This document shows positions 1-10,128 of a stretch of 64,000 nucleotides of DNA, one piece after another. The DNA is from Terriglobia bacterium (GTDB lineage: Bacteria > Acidobacteriota > Terriglobia > 2-12-FULL-54-10): contig CAXVYR010000004.1 of the NCBI GenBank assembly GCA_963666975.2, positions 2,350,850-2,414,849 on the forward strand, in the 5' to 3' direction. Each line of letters starts with the position of its first letter. The stretch's first letter is position 1. Below the pieces are notes generated by a model. It saw only the letters and a list, made by a program, of their open reading frames with translations, ran no database searches and was not told the DNA's origin. The translations under genes and the position numbers were made by a program.

Positions 1-245
1 ACCGCAAAAGCGCGGGGAACCAGTTTGGCCGGGGTGAGCGCGGGCATCGCACGGGAGGCTGCGAGCACCACGACAATGGAGAAAAAAGATGCCCCGATCA
101 GCATCAGGGGCAGGGAGGTCACGTCAAAATTGGAAAGGAAAAGAGCGTCGCGGGTCGCCTTCCCTCCTACCTGGTGGGCGATCATGGCGGCAGCGCTCAG
201 CATGGCGGCGGAGGCAGCCGCATCGGTTTCCGAGCGCCTGGACAT
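1..245 (-). CDS. N-terminus of an Npt1/Npt2 (TLC)-like MFS membrane transporter, runs off the left edge
   Basis: ATG at 245 reads MSRRSETD...MIAHQVGGKATRDALFLSNFDVTSLPLMLIGASFFSIVVVL; the K-x-x-RDALFL motif and hydrophobic helices are typical of this family. Confidence 0.6.
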   Translation of the reverse strand, partial: MSRRSETDAAASAAMLSAAAMIAHQVGGKATRDALFLSNFDVTSLPLMLIGASFFSIVVVLAASRAMPALTPAKLVPRAFA

Positions 246-253
246 CACTCTGG

Positions 254-1958
254 CTACGTCTCCCTTTCCGTGACCAGATCAGCCTGTGGACGAGCTTCCG
301 GAGACGGCATGTGGGTGCGCCACCAGCGCTCGGCGCGCTCCGGGCTCCAAGTTTCGGCTATCTCGCAAGCAGCCAGCCGCCGGGAGAGTTCCAGCGCGCT
401 TTGCGGCCGCTTGTCAGGCTCCTTTTCCAGGCAGGAGAGGATGACTTGTTCCAGGGACGCGGGAATGTCGACCTCAGTACGTTCCGACGGCGGGATGGGA
501 GGGGTTTGGAGGTGTGCCAGCAGCATGGCCATAGGAGTGCTTCCTTCGAACACTAGCTGTCCTGTCAACAGCCAGTAGCCGACGCATCCCAGGGCGTAGA
601 TGTCCCAGGCGGCATGTAGGCCGGCGTGCCCGTTGTGGTTCCCTCCACGGTGAGCCGGGTTTGAGCTTCTTCCGATTGCAGTCCGCGCATCGATCCCCAA
701 GGCCATTTCAGGCGGCATGTAGGCCGGCGTGCCCGTTGTGGTTCCCTCCACGGTGAGCCGGGTTTGAGCTTCTTCCGATTGCATGTCATCCTTCACAAAA
801 TCAAGCACCTTGATGAAATCATAATCCAGGCCCAAGCGGCACGCGAAAATGTTCTTGGGGTTGATGTCGCGATGAATCAAGCCGTTGCTGTGTGCCTCGG
901 CCAACGAGTCGCAGGCTTGCTGGAGAAAGTAGATGACCCGCTCGGGCGGCAGAGGACCGAAACGCTCCACCAGCGCATCCAGATCGAGTCCGTCCAAAAG
1001 CTCCATCACGTAGTAGAAGCATCCGTCATCGGCGGTGCCAAAATCGTACACCGCAACCGTATGGGGAGAATGGAGCGCGGCGGTAGCCTGCACCTCCCGC
1101 TCGAAACGGCGCGCCACAGTGCCCGCCCGTTTATCCTTCATCATACAGATATCGGATCGAATCATTTTGAGAGCTGACGTGCGCGCCAGCATGCGATGCT
1201 GCGCCCGCCAGACCTCTCCCATGCCGCCGCTCCCGAGCGGGTCGAGCAGTTATGTAACTCCCCATCTCCCGCGCCTTGCTGACGTCGCACCCCAGCCGGT
1301 AGATGAAGCGAGACAACAGCATCGCCCCCGCGGCAAACCAGAAGTTCGGGAAGAAAAGACCCAGCCACACGCCGGGCTCCGGAACAGGGCTTTGGTGGAA
1401 CAAAATCGACACCCACAACCCGACAGGACCCATTGCGGCGGAGCTCAGGGCCGCCAGATGTGTCTTTCCAAACGTGCCGGGCACGACCAGGACGAAGAAC
1501 GCGATCCAAACAACAACCGAGGAGATGCCTCGCGCCGGCAGGTCCGGAGAAAACGGCATTGAGAATTCGACCAAAGCGATCCAGAAAGCACCGACGACTT
1601 CAAAGAGGAGGCCGATGTCCAGCATCAAACGGTCCGGCAGCTTCCGGCTCCACGCCAGCGCGCAGACAACCGAACCAGTAACAATGGCGCCAATCAGGCC
1701 GATGTCGGCAAGAGGAAAAAGCGCCGGAAACAGGTAGTGCTCGGGAATGCCTTCGGGATGGCCGCTGTAATGGCCAACAAGGCGAAGAGCGATATGGGAC
1801 GCCACGTAAACAAGCGCGAGCCACCCCAATCGGTTGACCGCCTTTTCCACCATATCGGGCGGCAGATCATAGCAATGGATCGTGCTCCGGTTTGACCCGG
1901 TTGGCTGCGGGGTTTCCGCCCGTGTGACCTGCGCGGGTTGGTTTTCTGGCTGCTGCAT
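254..1958 (-). pseudogene. Membrane-anchored Ser/Thr protein kinase, frameshifted and degenerate
   Basis: TM region (1131-1958) shifts frame near 1240 into the kinase domain (GSGGMGEVW, ALK, HRDINPKN, GTPAYMPPE, DIYALG). DFG is reduced to DF and a 75-bp duplicated segment is inserted. Confidence 0.8.
606..783. repeat. 75-bp perfect direct repeat (606-680 and 709-783) inside the kinase gene
   Basis: caggcggcatgtaggccggcgtgcc...cttccgattgca occurs twice, 28 bp apart. Confidence 0.9.
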
Positions 1959-2270
1959 CGGAACCTGTTGTAGCGGGACCTGTCGTATCGGAACCTAATA
2001 TTAAGCCATGAACAGCGTCATGTAAATGCAAGTTGCCGCTGCTCGGCAGATAGAGACAAAAACTCATGATATTAGATTCCGCTCTGCCGGGATCGGTTCA
2101 TCTTTCTGCCCATCTTCTCTGTGGCAGGCCGCCGCGCCGTGCGATAATTGCTGCCGTTCCAAATAAGCGGCGCGCTGGAAACCGGCGCGCGCAAATGGAC
2201 CTTTCCGCTGGCCGGGAGTTCCCCATTCCCGGCTGCTGCGGGCGATGGAAGGAACGGAAGGAAAACCAGG

Positions 2271-4577
2271 ATGCTATTGGCGGTTGCAGTCCTTTCCGGT
2301 TTTGTGATGGCGCTCGCTGCGCCGTGGCTGCACCGGATCGCGCGGAAGACTTCCGGGTGGGTGCTCGCGCTGTTTCCTTTGGCTCTGACGGTCTATTTCG
2401 CCGGCCAGATCAGCGGGGTGGCGGCGGGCGAGGTTTTAGCGGTCAGCGCCGATTGGGTTCCCAGCCTCGGCATTGCTCTCTCGTTCAGCCTGGACGGACT
2501 GAGCCTGCTGTTCGCGCTGCTGATCAGCGGCATTGGCGCGCTGGTGGTGGTCTACGCCGGCGGGTATCTGGCAGGGCACGCTCACCTGGGCCGCTTCTAC
2601 GCCTTCCTGTTGATGTTCCTGGCCTCCATGCTGGGGCTGGTTCTCGCAAATAACGTGATCACGCTGTTCGTATTTTGGGAGCTGACCAGCGTAAGTTCCT
2701 ATCTGTTGATCGGCTTTGAACACGAGCGGGAGGCGGCGCGGCATGCGGCTCTGCAGGCGCTGCTGGTGACGGGGCTCGGCGGGCTGGCGCTGCTGGCCGG
2801 GCTGCTTTTGCTGGGGCAAGCCGGAGGGAGCCTGGAACTCTCCGAGTTACTGACCCGCGGCGAAGCAATCCGGGCGCATCCCTTTTACGCGCCGATTCTG
2901 CTGCTGATCCTGGCCGGCGCTTTCACCAAGTCGGCCCAGTTTCCGTTCCACTTCTGGCTGCCGAGCGCGATGGAAGCGCCCACGCCGGTCAGCGCCTACC
3001 TGCATTCGGCGACCATGGTCAAGGCCGGAGTTTACTTGCTGGCGCGGCTCAGCCCGGCGCTGGGGGGGACAGAGCTTTGGTTTTATATCGTCACCGCCGC
3101 CGGAGCCGCCACGATGCTGACGGGTGCATACCTGGCCTTTCAGCAAAGTGACATGAAGCGAATCCTGGCCTATTCCACAATGAGCGCGCTGGGAATGATG
3201 GTGCTGCTGCTGGGGATCGGCACGGAGCGGGCCGTGAAGGCGGCTATCGTTTCGATACTGGTTCACGCGTTGTACAAGGGCGCGCTGTTTCTGGTTGCTG
3301 GAGCGGTGGATCACGAGACCGGCACGAGAGATGTAGGCCGGCTCGGCGGACTGCGGCACGCCATGCCTATCACGGCGGCGGCGGCGGCCCTGGCCGCGCT
3401 CTCCATGGCTGGGCTTCCGCCTCTGTTTGGCTTCATCGGCAAGGAGATGGTCTATGAGGCGGTATACGAATCGCCAATCACTGCTGCTCTTTTGACCGGC
3501 GTGGTTGTCTTGTCGAGCATGTTCCTTCTGGCCGTGGCCGGCGTCGCAGGATTGCGGCCCTTTTTCGGAAAACAGACCTCCACGCCTAAACACCCTCACG
3601 AAGCGCCGCTAAGTTTATGGCTCGGGCCATCCTTGCTGGCGGGACTGGGTTTGCTCAGCGGGCTGTTTCCAGGCGCCGCCGGATGGCTTGTTTCGCCCGC
3701 TGTCGCAGCCTCCTGGGGGAAATCCGCCGGCGTCGAGTTGGCGCTGTTTCATGGATGGAGTCCCGTTTTGCTTCTCAGCGCGGTTACCGTTGCCGGAGGG
3801 CTCGGCCTCTTTGCCGTCCGGGGTGCATGCCGGCGGGTTGCGTCCCATCTCGCTGGTGTTTCTCGGTGGGGGGCCACGCGTGGGTATGAACTGGCGCTCG
3901 ATGGCGTCAACGGGCTGGCTCGGGCGCAGACCCGCTTCCTGCAGAGTGGCTACCTGCGGTACTACTTGCTGACGATCATCGCGACGACGCTGGGGCTGGC
4001 CGCCTACACGTTGCTGAGCCGGGCCGGGCTGCCCGTTCCGCAGGGCAGCTTGCAGGTTCCCTTATACCAAGCGGTCCTGGCGGGGTTGATCCTGCTGGCA
4101 GCCCTGGCGGCGGTGCTCTCGCAGTCGCGTTTGGGCGCGGTGGCTGCGCTGGGCGTCGTCGGGTACAGCGTCGCTTTAATCTTTGTCTTGTTCGGCGCGC
4201 CGGACCTGGCGATGACGCAATTCCTGGTGGAGACGCTGACCGTCATTCTGCTGGTGCTGGTGCTGTATCACCTGCCGCGTTTCGCTACTCTTTCGACCAG
4301 GCGCGAGCGGATTCGGGACGCGGCGGTGGCGCTGCTGGCCGGAGGGTTGATGACGGCGCTCGTATTGGCTGCTACCGCGATCCAACCCCAGCACGAAGTC
4401 TCCGCCTATATGGCCGGCAACAGCGCGGTACTGGCGCACGGGCGCAACGTGGTCAATGTCATCCTGGTGGATTTTCGCGGGCTCGACACGTTGGGCGAGA
4501 TCACGGTGCTGGCCGTGGCCGGCATCGGAGTGTACTCGCTGCTCAAGCTGCGAATCCGGAAAGGAGAACGGCCGTGA
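2271..4577 (+). CDS. mrpA: Mrp Na+/H+ antiporter subunit A
   Basis: [43 protein letters not shown] and [18 protein letters not shown] motifs; ATG at 2271 after a purine-rich RBS. Confidence 0.95.
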   Translation: MLLAVAVLSGFVMALAAPWLHRIARKTSGWVLALFPLALTVYFAGQISGVAAGEVLAVSADWVPSLGIALSFSLDGLSLLFALLISGIGALVVVYAGGYLAGHAHLGRFYAFLLMFLASMLGLVLANNVITLFVFWELTSVSSYLLIGFEHEREAARHAALQALLVTGLGGLALLAGLLLLGQAGGSLELSELLTRGEAIRAHPFYAPILLLILAGAFTKSAQFPFHFWLPSAMEAPTPVSAYLHSATMVKAGVYLLARLSPALGGTELWFYIVTAAGAATMLTGAYLAFQQSDMKRILAYSTMSALGMMVLLLGIGTERAVKAAIVSILVHALYKGALFLVAGAVDHETGTRDVGRLGGLRHAMPITAAAAALAALSMAGLPPLFGFIGKEMVYEAVYESPITAALLTGVVVLSSMFLLAVAGVAGLRPFFGKQTSTPKHPHEAPLSLWLGPSLLAGLGLLSGLFPGAAGWLVSPAVAASWGKSAGVELALFHGWSPVLLLSAVTVAGGLGLFAVRGACRRVASHLAGVSRWGATRGYELALDGVNGLARAQTRFLQSGYLRYYLLTIIATTLGLAAYTLLSRAGLPVPQGSLQVPLYQAVLAGLILLAALAAVLSQSRLGAVAALGVVGYSVALIFVLFGAPDLAMTQFLVETLTVILLVLVLYHLPRFATLSTRRERIRDAAVALLAGGLMTALVLAATAIQPQHEVSAYMAGNSAVLAHGRNVVNVILVDFRGLDTLGEITVLAVAGIGVYSLLKLRIRKGERP

Positions 4578-4987
4578 GTTCCTTGATCCTGCGCACGGCC
4601 ACGCGTCTCCTGAAGCCGTTGATGCTGTTTTTTTCTGTTTTCGTGCTGCTGCGCGGCCATAACGAGCCCGGCGGCGGTTTCGCAGGCGGGCTGATGGCGG
4701 CGGCGGCCTTTGCTCTCTATACCATCACCTTTGACGTGTCCTCGGCGCGCTCTGCGCTGCGGATTGACCCGCACAACCTTGTCGGAGCGGGACTGCTGCT
4801 GGCTGCCATCAGCGGCGGCATTTCCCTCCTGCAAGGACAGCCCTTTCTGACCGGGCAATGGATTGCCTTGCCTGTGCCCGGCGTCGGGGAGGTGGCTCTG
4901 GGCACGGCCTTGCTATTCGATACCGGCGTCTACATGGTGGTGCTGGGCGTAACCTTGCTGATTATCTGGTCGCTCGCGGAGGAGTGA
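4574..4987 (+). CDS. mrpB: Mrp antiporter subunit B
   Basis: [16 protein letters not shown] and LFDTGVY motifs; overlaps the mrpA stop. Confidence 0.95.
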   Translation: MSSLILRTATRLLKPLMLFFSVFVLLRGHNEPGGGFAGGLMAAAAFALYTITFDVSSARSALRIDPHNLVGAGLLLAAISGGISLLQGQPFLTGQWIALPVPGVGEVALGTALLFDTGVYMVVLGVTLLIIWSLAEE

Positions 4988-4988
4988 C

Positions 4989-5336
4989 ATGAACACCTGG
5001 ATGGCATTCGTCATCGGCGGCCTCTATGCCGCCGGTTTGTACATGATGATGCGGCGCAGCATCGTGAAACTTATTATCGGCCTGTCGCTGCTGAGCCATG
5101 CGGCGAACCTGCTGATCTTCACGGTTGGCGGGCTCACGCGCGGGCGGCCTCCTCTGATCGCGGCCGGGGAAACCAGCTTGCAGGTTCCTTTCGCAGATCC
5201 GATTCCCCAGGCGCTGGTTTTGACGGCAATCGTCATCAGCTTTGGAGTCCTGGCGTTCGCGCTGGTCCTGGTGCATCGCACCCACCAGACGGCCGGCACG
5301 GACGACCTCGACAAATTGAAGGCAACCGACACATGA
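4989..5336 (+). CDS. mrpC: Mrp antiporter subunit C
   Basis: [18 protein letters not shown] motif. Confidence 0.95.
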   Translation: MNTWMAFVIGGLYAAGLYMMMRRSIVKLIIGLSLLSHAANLLIFTVGGLTRGRPPLIAAGETSLQVPFADPIPQALVLTAIVISFGVLAFALVLVHRTHQTAGTDDLDKLKATDT

Positions 5337-6856
5337 ACGTGTTGTTGGTGCTCCCCATTTTAATTCCCTTGGTGACGGCAGCCGTCTCGTTGCTGGCCTG
5401 GAGGCACCCGCGCTGGCAACGCCGGCTGGGCGTTTGCGGAGCGGCTGCGTTGCTGGCGGCCGGCTTGGTGCTGCTGGAAAGTGTCCGGAACGGCGGTATC
5501 CAGACAGCCCAGATGGGAGACTGGCCTGCTCCTTTCGGCATCACTCTGGTTGCCGACCTGTTTTCCGCGATCATGGTCGTGATGGCCGGGTTGGTGGGTT
5601 TCGCGGTGGTCGTGTACTCTACCGCCACCGTGGATCACCGGCGGGAATCGTTCGGGTACTACCCGCTGCTGCACATCCTGCTGATGGGCGTCTGCGGCGC
5701 CTTCCTGACCGGCGACATTTTCAACCTCTATGTATGGTTTGAAGTCATGCTGATCGCCTCCTTTGTGCTGCTGGCGCTGGGCGGGGAGCAGGAACAGTTG
5801 GAAGGCGCCTTCAAGTACGTCACGCTCAACCTGATGTCGTCGGCGTTGTTTCTGGCGGCGGTGGGAATCCTCTACGGCGTGGCGGGCACGCTGAACATGG
5901 CCGACCTCGCCCGGAAGCTGCCCCAGGTGGAGCAATCCGGCTTGGTGACGACGCTGGCGATGCTGTTCCTGGTGGCGTTCGGCATCAAGGCGGCTGCCTT
6001 CCCCCTGTTTTTTTGGCTTCCGGCTTCCTATCATACTCCGCCGGTTGCGGTATCGGCCCTCTTCGCGGGCCTTCTGACCAAAGTCGGCGTGTACGCGCTG
6101 ATTCGCGTCTTCACGCTGCTGTTTACACAGGAGGTATCCTATACGCACACGCTGATCCTGGCCGTGGCCGGCCTGACGATGGTGACGGGTGTTTTGGGGG
6201 CGATGGCGCAAAATGAATTCCGGCGTATTTTGTCGTTCCACATCGTCAGCCAGATCGGATATATGTTGATGGGTTTGGGACTGTTCACGGTAGCGGGCCT
6301 GGCTGGCTCGATCTTCTACATCATGCATCACATCATTGTAAAAACGAATTTGTTCCTGATTAGCGGTGTGGCGAATCATTTCAGGGGCACGTACCAGTTG
6401 AAGGATCTGGGAGGACTTTACCGTGCCTACCCCGGCCTGGCTATATTGTTCCTGATCCCGGCGCTGTCGCTGGCCGGTGTCCCGCCGCTGTCTGGATTTT
6501 TTGCGAAGCTGTCGCTGCTCCAGGCCGGATTGGCGACCGGACAGTACGCCATTGTTGCCACGGCGTTAGGCGTCAGCTTGCTCACTTTGTTTTCCATGAC
6601 CAAGATCTGGGCGGAAGTCTTTTGGAAACCTGCGGCCGGAACGGGAACGCCGCAGGATCCGTCCGAGCCTCATCCGCCCAAACATGAATCGCCCAAATGG
6701 AGCTTCTCTTTGTTCGTGCCCGTGGTCGTATTAGCGGTTTTGACGCTGACCATCGGGCTGGCCGCCGAGCCGTTCGTCGGCCTTGCGATCCAAGCTGCCC
6801 ATCAATTGATGAATCCGGCCGGCTACATCGAGGCTGTTCTGGGAGGCCGACCGTGA
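5333..6856 (+). CDS. mrpD: Mrp antiporter subunit D
   Basis: [30 protein letters not shown] and [11 protein letters not shown] motifs. Confidence 0.95.
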   Translation: MNVLLVLPILIPLVTAAVSLLAWRHPRWQRRLGVCGAAALLAAGLVLLESVRNGGIQTAQMGDWPAPFGITLVADLFSAIMVVMAGLVGFAVVVYSTATVDHRRESFGYYPLLHILLMGVCGAFLTGDIFNLYVWFEVMLIASFVLLALGGEQEQLEGAFKYVTLNLMSSALFLAAVGILYGVAGTLNMADLARKLPQVEQSGLVTTLAMLFLVAFGIKAAAFPLFFWLPASYHTPPVAVSALFAGLLTKVGVYALIRVFTLLFTQEVSYTHTLILAVAGLTMVTGVLGAMAQNEFRRILSFHIVSQIGYMLMGLGLFTVAGLAGSIFYIMHHIIVKTNLFLISGVANHFRGTYQLKDLGGLYRAYPGLAILFLIPALSLAGVPPLSGFFAKLSLLQAGLATGQYAIVATALGVSLLTLFSMTKIWAEVFWKPAAGTGTPQDPSEPHPPKHESPKWSFSLFVPVVVLAVLTLTIGLAAEPFVGLAIQAAHQLMNPAGYIEAVLGGRP

Positions 6857-7326
6857 GCGCGTTTCTGTGGAACCTCCTGCTGGCGATTATCTGGGTTGCC
6901 TTGACGGAGCAATTCACTCCGGGGAACCTGATAGTTGGTTTTGGATTAGGTTACCTGATTTTAACTTTTACCCAGCCTATCTTAGGGAAGTCGAACTATT
7001 TCCCCAAGGTGCGCCAGGTTCTCGGATTTGCGCTCTATTTCCTGTGGGAACTTGTTTTGGCGAACCTCCGGGTGGCTTACGATGTGGTGACGCCGACTCA
7101 CCATATGCAGCCGGGGGTGATTGCGGTCCCGCTCGACGCAAAAACCGACGCAGAGATCACCACGCTGGCCAATTTCATCACGCTCACGCCCGGCACTCTC
7201 AGCCTGGACGTATCGGAGGATCGCAAGGTGCTGTATATCCACGCCATGTACATTCATGACCGCGAAGCGCTCCGGCGCGAAATTAAAAGCGGGTTGGAGC
7301 GGCGGGTTTTAGAGGTGATGCGATGA
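6853..7326 (+). CDS. mrpE: Mrp antiporter subunit E
   Basis: GTG start overlapping the mrpD stop; [15 protein letters not shown] motif. Confidence 0.93.
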   Translation: MSAFLWNLLLAIIWVALTEQFTPGNLIVGFGLGYLILTFTQPILGKSNYFPKVRQVLGFALYFLWELVLANLRVAYDVVTPTHHMQPGVIAVPLDAKTDAEITTLANFITLTPGTLSLDVSEDRKVLYIHAMYIHDREALRREIKSGLERRVLEVMR

Positions 7327-7610
7327 CCCCCAGCGAGATGGGACCGCTTTCGTCCGCGATTCGTGTGGCGTGGGTCATGCTGAGCGCGGGACTCGTGCTG
7401 GCTTTTTTTCGCCTGGTACGGGGCCCCAGTCTGCCGGACCGCGTCGTCGCACTGGACCTGACAGCGACCCTGGTGGTGGGAATGATTGCCGTGGATGCCA
7501 TTGCCAGCCGCCAGCCGGTGATCCTGGACGCTGCCATCGTCGTTTCCTTGGTCGCCTTTGTAGGCACGGTGGCCTTTGCCCATTACGTGGAAAAGAGAGG
7601 ATCGGAATGA
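7323..7610 (+). CDS. mrpF: Mrp antiporter subunit F
   Basis: [16 protein letters not shown] motif. Confidence 0.93.
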   Translation: MTPSEMGPLSSAIRVAWVMLSAGLVLAFFRLVRGPSLPDRVVALDLTATLVVGMIAVDAIASRQPVILDAAIVVSLVAFVGTVAFAHYVEKRGSE

Positions 7611-8047
7611 AGGAATGGATTTCAGCCGGCCTGCTGATCATCGGCGTAACCTTTATGCTGCTGGCCGCCATTGGCATCGTTCGCATGCCGGACCTGTTTA
7701 CACGAATGCAGACGGCCACCAAGGGAGGCAGCCTGGGCATTGTCTGCACATTCCTTTCTGTGGCGGTTTACTTTGGAGAGTTTGCCATCACCGCGCGGTC
7801 TCTCCTGATTATTGCTTTTTTTTTCTTGACTGCGCCGGTGGCGGCCCACATGATTGCGCGGGCGGCGTATTTCGTGGGCTACCAGCTTTGGGAGGAGACA
7901 GTGACCGACGAGTTGCGCGGCCACTACGATCTGCACACTCACGCTTTGGACAGCGGCACCTATGAGGTCGTTGTGCGGAAGCCGAAGACCGGGTTGCCGG
8001 ACTCCGGCGCAGCGAGCGGTGAAAAAGCGAGTGCTGAAAAAGAGTAA
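7607..8047 (+). CDS. mrpG: Mrp antiporter subunit G
   Basis: [14 protein letters not shown] and [12 protein letters not shown] motifs; ATG overlaps the mrpF stop. Confidence 0.93.
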   Translation: MKEWISAGLLIIGVTFMLLAAIGIVRMPDLFTRMQTATKGGSLGIVCTFLSVAVYFGEFAITARSLLIIAFFFLTAPVAAHMIARAAYFVGYQLWEETVTDELRGHYDLHTHALDSGTYEVVVRKPKTGLPDSGAASGEKASAEKE

Positions 8048-8684
8048 AGAGTATGGAGCGCGCGTATTGAGCATAAGTGCGGAGCGAAACGCGCGAAATG
8101 ACTGACGTTCGAGCCATGAGCAAGCTCTTCGGGAATGGGCCGCGGCTTTCCGGGAAGCTGCTGGGAATTCTGGCAATCGCTCTTATCCTTCTTATCCTTA
8201 ATCCTTGCCGCCCAGGGCGGCGGGCTTGCAGGAAACTCGCGTTGGCCGAGTCCAGACAGCCCTCATTCCTGCGCTGGAGTTTTCCCGCATCGCTATCGCT
8301 CGCGGTTTCTCCAAGCAGGAGGAATTCTTTTTCTTGGACAACTTCACCAGTGGGCCATGTCACTTCCTGGCCAGCGAGGACGACTACGACTTTCTGCGGG
8401 ATCAGCTTCCGGTAGCGAGCCTTCGGTCATCGCAAGTCCACCTTGTTGCAGAAAATGACCGGTTTTCTCAATGACAATGACTTATGATCAGGGGCGTTAT
8501 CCCAATTACTGGGCGCTGGTCACCACGCACTACATTGGCGGCAACGGGCCCTGAACATCAGACTGCGGCTGCGGGCAAAACCCGGGCAGTGATGGGCATC
8601 TCCGAGTGAATGGAACACAAGTAACATTAAACATTGAACATTGGTTTTTGAAAGCCTATCTGTACTATGCTGAAAGCAAGAGAC

Positions 8685-8723
8685 GGGCGGTTAGCTCAGT
8701 TGGTTAGAGCACCTGCCTTACAA
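8685..8723 (+). tRNA. 5' half of tRNA-Val(TAC), truncated at the end of the anticodon loop
   Basis: GGGCGGTTAGCTCAGTTGGTTAGAGCACCTGCCTTACAA gives acceptor 5' strand, D-arm, anticodon 5' stem CCTGC and loop CTTACAA. The expected GCAGG, T-arm and CCA do not follow. Confidence 0.85.
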
Positions 8724-8835
8724 ATTGGTGTTCCCATCCCACACTGTTGATTTTATTGAGCATTCATTAGCTTCTACGCACGTTTTCACCCCCACTATCC
8801 TGCGTATTGAACGGTATTCTGAACGGAAAAATTTA

Positions 8836-8924
8836 TCCGAGGTGAGCGTGCAGGCGTAAGCTTCCACCCTGCCTGAGAGCTTCTTCCAGGTTCCCGCTGG
8901 GGGATAGGGCTGCTGCAATTTGGG
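8836..8924 (+). ncRNA. Candidate structured RNA 3' of the DUF3800 gene
   Basis: Hand-folded outer stem 8836-8847/8912-8924 enclosing three hairpins; G-U pairs favour the + strand. Confidence 0.45.
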
Positions 8925-8949
8925 AGTGTCCTAATTGTGTGTTGCTGGG

Positions 8950-9672
8950 TTATGTGTCCCGAATTATCCCGAGTTTTCTTGGGTCGGCGCTAAAACACTG
9001 GGGGGTACAGATATTTTCTAGTAGCAAAAAGGCCGAGTCGAGGCCGTAGCGGGTGCGGGCGGGTAGCGGTTTCTCGCTGCGGAACAAAGCATACGCGCAG
9101 AAATCTGCGAGTTGGATGAATTGTGAGGTTGCCGAATCCCTGAAAACGGGGTCCTCGATGATCCTATCAAGGGGGATATTTCGCGTCGTGCCCCCTTCTG
9201 GCCATGCACCGAAGCGACTGGGTATCGGATTGTACACCCCCATTCTGCGAATCAGTGAGGTATAGTCCTTTCCTTCATCGGAAATCAGGATCGTTTGGCT
9301 ACTCCAAGATTTCATCGTGATATTGATCCGGTTCATCATTCGCTCGAACACACGAGCCTCGTTGGCTTTTGAGGCTGCAACAGCATTGAAAAGGCTCGCT
9401 CCGGGAAGCTCGGCGACAAATGATAGGGTTTCTTTGAAGATTCTACATCGGGTGCCCTTAAAAACTGGTTTGGGTGCGATTCTCCCTCGACCGGCAACAA
9501 AATCCGTAGCGTGAAATTCCACGGTAACAAATATGACCTCTTTCGCCTTTAAGGCCCGCCGAAAAGTCTTAATCGCCTCAAGTGCGCTTTTCCACTCCGT
9601 AGCCGGGATCGCCAGGACGGAGTAAATCCGAATGTCCTCGTCCCCAGAATCGTCAATGTAACATATATGCAT
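8950..9672 (-). CDS. DUF3800 domain protein (RNase H-like fold)
   Basis: N-terminal YIDDSG, EFHATD, ISDEG and C-terminal DSxxSxFIQLADFCAY motifs. Confidence 0.85.
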   Translation of the reverse strand: MHICYIDDSGDEDIRIYSVLAIPATEWKSALEAIKTFRRALKAKEVIFVTVEFHATDFVAGRGRIAPKPVFKGTRCRIFKETLSFVAELPGASLFNAVAASKANEARVFERMMNRINITMKSWSSQTILISDEGKDYTSLIRRMGVYNPIPSRFGAWPEGGTTRNIPLDRIIEDPVFRDSATSQFIQLADFCAYALFRSEKPLPARTRYGLDSAFLLLENICTPQCFSADPRKLGIIRDT

Positions 9673-9700
9673 TGACTTCCCCTGCCGACAGGTTTAATCT
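9672..9700 (+). promoter_or_regulatory. sigma70-like promoter divergent from the DUF3800 gene
   Basis: TTGACT (9672-9677), 17 bp, TAATCT (9695-9700). Confidence 0.5.
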
Positions 9701-9806
9701 GAAGGTGCTTGGCTGGCCCTTTCCTATTAAGGGGATCGGAATCCGGCCTTGCTCCACCGGTTTGCCCAGGGGCGCTCCTGGGTTCTTAGAACACAAGGCA
9801 CTCTTC
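9701..9806 (+). ncRNA. Candidate structured RNA 5' of the DUF3800 gene
   Basis: Outer stem 9701-9710/9795-9806 enclosing hairpins at 9721-9735, 9743-9760 and 9764-9783; directly follows the predicted promoter. Confidence 0.5.
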
Positions 9807-9984
9807 AATAGACCATACATGATCGGTGATTCCTGCTTCCATTGCTGGAGTCAATCGAATTGATTTGTGCACCCGGCAGAAATTGTACCACGCAAAATAT
9901 AGGGCTAAGGCCGCCTTCAGGCTCCCCGGATAGTCCCCTCAGATCACCCCCACCGCAATCAGGAACACCACCACCTGGAAGCTA

Positions 9985-10128
9985 GACCCCCCCTGGACAA
10001 TTAATTGCCAAGCCCTCCGCTCCAGAACAGAGCCAGCCCACCGCGTCCTGTACCCGGGAATCAGTTTCACACCCCTAGGCTCTGATGTAGACTCTCACTG
10101 TTACTGGTACAAAAAATCGGTCTGGTCA
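9985..10128. repeat. Diverged ~150-bp repeat, copy A (copy B at 16713-16861)
   Basis: Shared blocks GCCCTCCGCTCCAGA, CCCACCGCrTCCTGTACCCsGGAATCAGTTTCA, TGGTACAA and ATCGGTCTGGTCA. Confidence 0.8.

Noticed and set aside
606-783. DGR template/variable repeat pair
   Set aside because: Copies are identical with no adenine-specific differences, and there is no reverse transcriptase in the window
2148-2270. N-terminal extensions of mrpA (and of mrpE, mrpG, the sigma54 regulator and the cupin) in the ORF track
   Set aside because: Downstream starts with RBS or stop-start overlap fit family lengths better
8077-8474. Overlapping short ORFs after mrpG
   Set aside because: No recognisable motif; cannot choose a frame
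8724-8950. Group I intron in the tRNA-Val anticodon loop
   Set aside because: No 3' exon (GCAGG, T-arm, CCA) follows, the break is not after a U, and no P7-like core was recognised
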